Assembly (NCBI GenBank): GCA_902774685.1
Contig: CACYJH010000004.1
Span: forward strand, 3,025 to 67,024
DNA from: an uncultured Methanobrevibacter sp.
GTDB lineage: Archaea; Methanobacteriota; Methanobacteria; Methanobacteriales; Methanobacteriaceae
Length of the DNA: 64,000 nucleotides
Reading direction: 5' to 3'
In this document: positions 58,768 through 64,000 of the stretch, one piece after another
How positions within the stretch are numbered: the first letter of the stretch is position 1
Layout: each line of letters begins with the position of its first letter
Made by a program: the position numbers and the translations under genes
The notes under the pieces: generated by a model
Databases searched by the model: none
The model's input: the letters and a program-made list of their open reading frames with translations, nothing else
What the model was told of the DNA's origin: nothing

Positions 58768-58966
58768 CCCCCGAATCCTCATCTTTTAGACTTATGGAAC
58801 ATCTGCAATTAGGATGATTATGAACATTCCAAGAATATAATTCCTTTTCCTTTTCTCTTATTTTCTCACGTGTATTCAAGCATTCCTGTAAAAACCATCC
58901 CAACATTGCCCCTGCTACAAAAACACATACCAGTGATATGGTTATTTCATAAGCTGCTTCAAGCAT
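58748..58966 (-). CDS. small membrane protein ending in an HPNCRC motif
   Basis: GGAGGAG SD; N-terminal TM; WNVHNHPNCRCSI. Confidence 0.6.
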   Translation of the reverse strand: MLEAAYEITISLVCVFVAGAMLGWFLQECLNTREKIREKEKELYSWNVHNHPNCRCSISLKDEDSGDDDEQL

Positions 58967-59075
58967 GATTTCTCCTCCTTGCGTAAAATCTTCAAAACAT
59001 TCAAATCAGGCCTTGGCTTCATTTCCTCCGCACTGATTTGAGTCCTTAATACCCTCAATTTTTCGTTCAGCTGAT

Positions 59076-59432
59076 TCATTCTTCTGACTCCATACTCTCT
59101 TTAGGCATGAATCTGAACTTTATGTAATACAATAAAGTTGACTCTTCCAAATCATCATAAATGTTATACAATGCTTCCTTCAGCAGGTCTTCATGCAAAT
59201 AGCCTTCAGTCCTTGCTATTTCCTTATCAATTTCATCAAAACGTATATACTGTATGCTTCTGATTTTAATATAACCAAATAATTCCCTGCCACTGACTAA
59301 AGGGTTACCATCAGTTTCATAAGCTGGAATTTCATCTCCCACCTTGCCGTCAAAGTGACGTCTTATAGTGCTTGTCTTTATGTGTTCCTTAATAGGCTCC
59401 ACATATTCCCCATAAAATTTCAATTGTTTCAT
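59076..59432 (-). CDS. ASCH domain protein
   Basis: LKF...Y...I....KTSTIR, VGD, ARTEG and Y.I.F signatures. Confidence 0.85.
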   Translation of the reverse strand: MKQLKFYGEYVEPIKEHIKTSTIRRHFDGKVGDEIPAYETDGNPLVSGRELFGYIKIRSIQYIRFDEIDKEIARTEGYLHEDLLKEALYNIYDDLEESTLLYYIKFRFMPKESMESEE

Positions 59433-59462
59433 TTTCAGATCACTTCTCCTACAACACTTTTT

Positions 59463-61444
59463 TTAAAAGTACACATTCAGGATTTTTCTTCTGAAATCCC
59501 TAGCAAAAACCTTGCAATGCCAATCCTTGCCAGGGAAGTCATAAATCTTACCACTTTTCATGGTAACCCTTACCAAAGGGTTCCCCTCTTCAGTCCTGTA
59601 GACACCACAGCTAAGGACATTAGATTTTATCCTGGAAAACCTATCCAATAGATAGTCTCGTCCTTTCTTGGTCTTGATTGTCATTCGATATCAAACTCCA
59701 GTATTCTTTGCTTCACTTTCTTGAAATCCTCCACGCTAAGACCATAATCCATAGCGGGGGTTTTCAATAATATTGGGCATTGCTTGTTGTTTTGCCTTTC
59801 AACCTTGAATTTTTCTACTTCCTTATCTTTCCATTTCATGAGGATCCCTCTAATTTTTTTATGTCTAAAGTTTCTGCTCCATGCAGTATTTGGTAACAGG
59901 CTTGCATCATGAGATGGTTCATTTGCTTGTTCCCTGTGCATATCTCTATGACAATGTCTTGGGTTAAGTCATCGTATAGGTATATGTTGCTGCTGTTGCG
60001 TGGCTTCATGATCCGGTACCTTTCAATCATTTTTGTTGCTCCCTCCATGAACATCAAAATCATAGGCCTTGTTGATTCTGGCTAATAGGATATATGGAAC
60101 ATCACAGAAGTTGCAATGTTCCTTGTCAAGGAGGATTTTTTCAAAGGATTCCTTCTTGTACTTGCAACCGGTGCAAGGGTTAGGAAGGACAGTTACCTTA
60201 TCTTCCAATAAATCATTTAAACCTTCAATGATATCCTTAAGCTCTTTATTCTCTTGTTCAAGGCACTCGATTCGTTTATAGTGTAATTTGCTCCAAAAAG
60301 GACACTTAAAACAGTATTGTTTAGGGTAAAATTTTTCATTCATAAAATCATCACCATGCACTCTTGTTCTTGTTTATCAACTATAAGAACCTTTTTACCT
60401 TCTTTTTCAAGTTTCTTGAGTTTCTTTGTCATACTTAATTATTTACCCTTACGAGCCGGACCTCCTATAATCATCCAATCATCTTTTTTAAGATTTTCTA
60501 GTATTTTTTCTTATGATCAATTGATGATTTTCTAAGGGTTCCAGTTTGTTCAGGAATATGTGTTAATGGTTTTCTCTGCACTGTCAGGCCAACAAATGGT
60601 TTCCTTGTTAAAACTAAACATTTGCATCTTTTACATTCAAAGGTTACTGTTAATTCCTCTTCATGATGATAATCTAAAGGACTTTTGCACTTTGGACATT
60701 TATAATAATGCTTTTTAGGGAAAAATCGTTGTTTCTCACTCATCACCAAACACTTCCTTTTTGATTCTTTCATAAAATTCATCAAACACCCCCTTTTCTT
60801 TCATAAATTCAAACATCTTCATAGTGTTGAAAAGATTCTCATTGTGTAGGACATCATTGTATCTTTGCAACTTGTCAATAGTGGCTTGTTGAGTATTCAA
60901 CACTTTCACAACTTCCTTATTCAACATTCTACCATTCTCATCACAGAAATTAGATACTGATGATGGAGTAACATACTTTGACAGTTTAAATCGTTTCTCA
61001 CTCATCTAACCACACCTCCCTAATGCTTGGCGGAATTTTACTGAATTGTCCACATAACAATTTGATTTGATTGCTTTGCCTTGTTACCTCGTTCTCTAAA
61101 GAAAGAATAGTATTCTCTAAAGAATGAATCTTATTCAACAAATCTGATTTAGTAACCTTCTTCTCAAAATATTTGCAGCTTGTTGTCTTGACTTTGAAAT
61201 CCCCATGTATGGAACAACTTGTCCATAATTCACCGACTCCATCAAAGCCCATGAAATATTTGCAATCTACACAAACATTCTCACTCATTTAACCACCTAC
61301 ACTAATTATCATATTATAATACAAAACTTCCATCACTTCGGAATAGGTTTCACAAGCCTTCAAATCCGCTAAAAGTTCCTCTTCGGAACATTTCCATTTT
61401 AAGATAAAATTAATTTTTACATCACCAATACCATTTATAGCCAT
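59463..61444 (-). other. cluster of short, often Cys-rich, translationally coupled early ORFs (about 59463-59684, 59681-59839, 59836-60030, 60023-60343, 60498-60743, 60736-61005, 60998-61288, 61289-61444)
   Basis: Overlapping start/stop codons, SD motifs and CxxC pairs; no function recognised. Confidence 0.6.
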
Positions 61445-61920
61445 CATTCATCACCTTTTTCCATATTGCATAACATAACCAATTTGCAGGCAGTATTAAA
61501 AACTGCCATCTGCAAAACATCTTCAGGAACCTTCAAATAATTCAAATTCAACTTCCCACTCCTTTGTAATCCTGCACTAACACAGTCACAAGTGAACTCC
61601 AAAACATCCAACAGATCAACATCATCATGAACACCACTAGGCAAGTTCAAATGATGCCTTTCCAGTTTCATATGCTCCTCAAAGGTCAAATTAGGGAAAT
61701 CGAATTTGGTCCAATCATGGTTAAGGCCACGATACAATAATGCCTTAGAAATGACCTCCATTAATTTGTTCACCATATCCCCATGCACACGTGTATCCTT
61801 TAGGGCCTCTTCCCTATCAACTCCCTCCTTGCAATAAATGTAAGTGGCCATTGGAGCATGCTCAACCTTTAAGTGATGGGCATGTTCCTTGTACCAACTG
61901 TTATAATCAAAATCCAACAT
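61444..61920 (-). CDS. HD-like metal-dependent phosphohydrolase (DUF5662-like)
   Basis: H...V, NHDWTK, H...ERHH and DLLDVLEF.CD..SA. Confidence 0.65.
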   Translation of the reverse strand: MLDFDYNSWYKEHAHHLKVEHAPMATYIYCKEGVDREEALKDTRVHGDMVNKLMEVISKALLYRGLNHDWTKFDFPNLTFEEHMKLERHHLNLPSGVHDDVDLLDVLEFTCDCVSAGLQRSGKLNLNYLKVPEDVLQMAVFNTACKLVMLCNMEKGDE

Positions 61921-61923
61921 TCC

Positions 61924-62202
61924 TCATTTGCCTCCTTTTTGCTCTATCCAGTATAATTTATGTCCACTGTTAGGGTGCTTTCGTGCAGACTGGACCATAT
62001 CCAGGAAATTACGGTTGCCACTTGTCATAGTGGATTCCTTGATCAGCGCTCCAACTTCACCAGGAGTCACTCCCCTGTATATCCCAAAATCGTTACGTGT
62101 TATCCAATCGCTAATCTCTTTACTGGAATGTTTTCCAGGATGAGTCAAGAGATATGCTTTGATTAGGCATTTGGCTTTAGGAATATTCTTCTTGCCAACC
62201 AT
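61924..62202 (-). CDS. small winged-helix DNA-binding protein
   Basis: IKAYLL.HPG..SSKEI...VG.LI...YW pattern. Confidence 0.55.
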   Translation of the reverse strand: MVGKKNIPKAKCLIKAYLLTHPGKHSSKEISDWITRNDFGIYRGVTPGEVGALIKESTMTSGNRNFLDMVQSARKHPNSGHKLYWIEQKGGK

Positions 62203-62312
62203 CTTAAATCATCTCCTCATTATAAGAAAATTGCATTTGCTTTTCAGATCATTTATCAGCATTCTGCGTATAGGCTCTTGAAGGTAGAAAAATCTTAAGT
62301 CAATCTGAAAAC

Positions 62313-62723
62313 TCATAACTGATTCCACCTTAAATTCCTGTTCTTCAAGTACTGATGGACAGGCACACATTGAGTATAACCCAATTCATCAGCAACACAG
62401 GACATAGTTTTGCCCTTGTTTTTCTCTGCAGAAAGAAAATTGATTCCTCCCGCATGGTCTATACGGCCATTGTCCCATCTTGGATGGTTAGTGCCGCTAG
62501 AATGTAATTTATGATGATGTGACTTTGACAAGATCATTAAATTACCTGGAGAATTATCATTTTTGTCTCCGTTGATGTGGTGCACACAAAAGCCATCTGG
62601 AATAGGGCCGAATGCATCTTCATAGACTAAACGATGCAATAGCTTGCCCTGATTAATGCCACTGCTGATTTGGTAGTAGCCATCTTTTCTTTGGTAGGCA
62701 TTGCCAAACCTTGTACTAATCAT
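62313..62723 (-). CDS. HNH endonuclease
   Basis: LHRLVY...GPIP.G..VHHINGDKNDN...NL..L....H..LH; true start may be slightly downstream. Confidence 0.9.
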   Translation of the reverse strand: MISTRFGNAYQRKDGYYQISSGINQGKLLHRLVYEDAFGPIPDGFCVHHINGDKNDNSPGNLMILSKSHHHKLHSSGTNHPRWDNGRIDHAGGINFLSAEKNKGKTMSCVADELGYTQCVPVHQYLKNRNLRWNQL

Positions 62724-62989
62724 AATGGAACCCTCACAATTTTCTTGTTTAATTCTTCTTGGATTTCAGGATCATTTTTGACTTCAGCATATTTCTCCCA
62801 CATGCCGTCAGTGATTTTCCTGAAGTCTTCCTCTGGCAATTCATGTATTGATGCAATGGTTATGATGACAGTTGAACAGACACTTGTTATTTCATTAGGC
62901 TTGTTCAGTCCCATCTGCATTAGCATTTTGAATAGCTTGAATTGGTTTTTATTTTTCTTTAGGTCTCCAATTTTATTGAATAATCCCAT
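62720..62989 (-). CDS. hypothetical protein
   Basis: GGAGG SD; 89 aa. Confidence 0.6.
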   Translation of the reverse strand: MGLFNKIGDLKKNKNQFKLFKMLMQMGLNKPNEITSVCSTVIITIASIHELPEEDFRKITDGMWEKYAEVKNDPEIQEELNKKIVRVPL

Positions 62990-63009
62990 ACGTTTTTTCC
63001 TCCTTTACA

Positions 63010-63224
63010 TATAACAATTGTTATATTATATATAATATAATAAAAAAAATTATTAATAATAATATAATAATATAATAAAAAAATAAAAAAATGTCCGACA
63101 CTAAAGTCTGACAAATGAGCCAAGAATTATTGAAAATTTTGTCCGACGTCAGACAAAAATAAAAGTCTGTCTGACAAAATTTCAACAAGACCTTCGCTCA
63201 AATGTCTGACAAACTTGTCTGACA
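63010..63224. repeat. AT-rich tract plus seven GTCnGAC iteron-like repeats (candidate viral origin or operator)
   Basis: Copies near 63093, 63106, 63141, 63148, 63169, 63204 and 63217; near-pure A/T at 63010-63091. Confidence 0.65.
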
Positions 63225-63233
63225 TTAATATTT

Positions 63234-63770
63234 TTAAACAACAATTTCACTAAGCAACAAATCCCTAAACTCCCTCCAAGATAAATCAGAACCATATTCA
63301 TCATAAGTGGCCCCAATAAAATCATTATGATTCTTAATAAAATTCATAATATTTTCAGAATCAGACAATCTGCTAGAAACCTCAAAATCTCTCTTCTTGT
63401 CAAAAACATTTTGAACAATATTAATCCCCATCTGCACATCAGGAGGAAGATCCATAACAAGCTCTTCAGTTTCATCAACATCATCCTTGCCTGCAGCAGC
63501 ACTCACAACAAGCTTATCCAATAAACTTTCCTTATGTTGAATTTCGAGCTGCACTTCACATTCCTGCTTCTTTAATGTTTCAATATCATTCTCCAATATT
63601 TGACGTTTTACTTCAACACGCTTTCGAGGATTAGCAGCATAGTAATCCCTTACAAAATATTCGATAGCTTGACGTGCATTGTAACCAGAGTTAACCAATT
63701 TTTTCTTAATGCTTGGATGTAATCTGGCACTTACACGGCAGTCCTTATTAAAATCATTCTTCTTAACCAT
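63234..63770 (-). CDS. RHH-like DNA-binding protein with a coiled coil
   Basis: RVSARL..SIKKKL..SGYNARQAIEY followed by heptads; GGGAGG SD. Confidence 0.55.
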   Translation of the reverse strand: MVKKNDFNKDCRVSARLHPSIKKKLVNSGYNARQAIEYFVRDYYAANPRKRVEVKRQILENDIETLKKQECEVQLEIQHKESLLDKLVVSAAAGKDDVDETEELVMDLPPDVQMGINIVQNVFDKKRDFEVSSRLSDSENIMNFIKNHNDFIGATYDEYGSDLSWREFRDLLLSEIVV

Positions 63771-63814
63771 AACATTTTTCCCTCCCTAAAAGAAAGGTGA
63801 TTATTAGGAGACGA

Positions 63815-64000
63815 TTAATTGTCTCCTGGGCAGTTCAATTTTATGAAACTTAACAGTTCCTCCAAACATTCATCAGGTATTTCATCCCTTCTTGCCATTT
63901 CTTTGGCCTTGTCAACCATTGTCTTCTGACTTATTTTCAGGCCTTGGAATGCAACCTGTTTTGCCACTGTCTTGGCGTAGTTTTCTATGACTGGCTTGGC
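63815..64000 (-). CDS. 3' end of a hypothetical protein (truncated by the window end)
   Basis: Open frame AKPVIENYAK...LNCPGDN*. Confidence 0.5.
   Translation of the reverse strand, partial: AKPVIENYAKTVAKQVAFQGLKISQKTMVDKAKEMARRDEIPDECLEELLSFIKLNCPGDN

Larger units (their letters stand above)
21372..64000 (-). mobile_element. provirus of a contractile-tailed archaeal virus (Caudoviricetes); continues past the window end; left end uncertain (about 18.2-21.4 kb)
   Basis: Co-oriented terminase-portal-MuF-protease-capsid-sheath-tube-TMP-baseplate-fibre-lysis gene order. Confidence 0.95.

Noticed and set aside
63092-63224. GTCnGAC repeats as a mini-CRISPR or as the ORF MSDKFVRHLSEG...
   Set aside because: Repeats are only 7-9 bp and irregularly spaced; the 32-codon ORF lacks an SD

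Overview
AT-rich archaeal DNA whose gene content points to a Methanobrevibacter-like methanogen (Methanobacteriales). Bases 1 to about 18.1 kb are host chromosome: a partial SAM methyltransferase, nikR, an alpha/beta hydrolase, a HEAT-repeat protein, an AksF/LeuB-family dehydrogenase, an acyl-CoA ligase, an SDR, adhesin-like proteins, argB and a C39 peptidase. From about 21 kb to the window end lies a minus-strand provirus of a contractile-tailed (myovirus-like) virus: small early genes, terminase, portal, MuF, protease, HK97-type capsid, sheath, tube, tape measure, baseplate, fibres, a pseudomurein endoisopeptidase and a holin. Its integrase and att sites are not visible here. Highlights: (1) two paralogous MuF head proteins with different C-terminal toxin domains (ADP-ribosyltransferase and JAB/MPN-like), each followed by a small candidate immunity gene; (2) an unannotated type I toxin-antitoxin-like locus at about 50.26-50.79 kb (22-aa hydrophobic peptide with a sequestered SD, plus an upstream RNA complementary to its leader) and a second peptide locus at about 21.0-21.2 kb; (3) a tRNA-like acceptor stem/T-arm/CCA element just upstream of the head protease gene; (4) a coupled SocA/UPF0175 antitoxin - PIN - TGT-like operon at the provirus edge; (5) a 19-bp duplication that frameshifts the prohead protease; (6) candidate iteron origin and pac repeats; (7) a host C39 peptidase with an internal double-glycine-like site before a cationic domain. 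All functional calls come from motif recognition by eye; no searches or folding computations were run.
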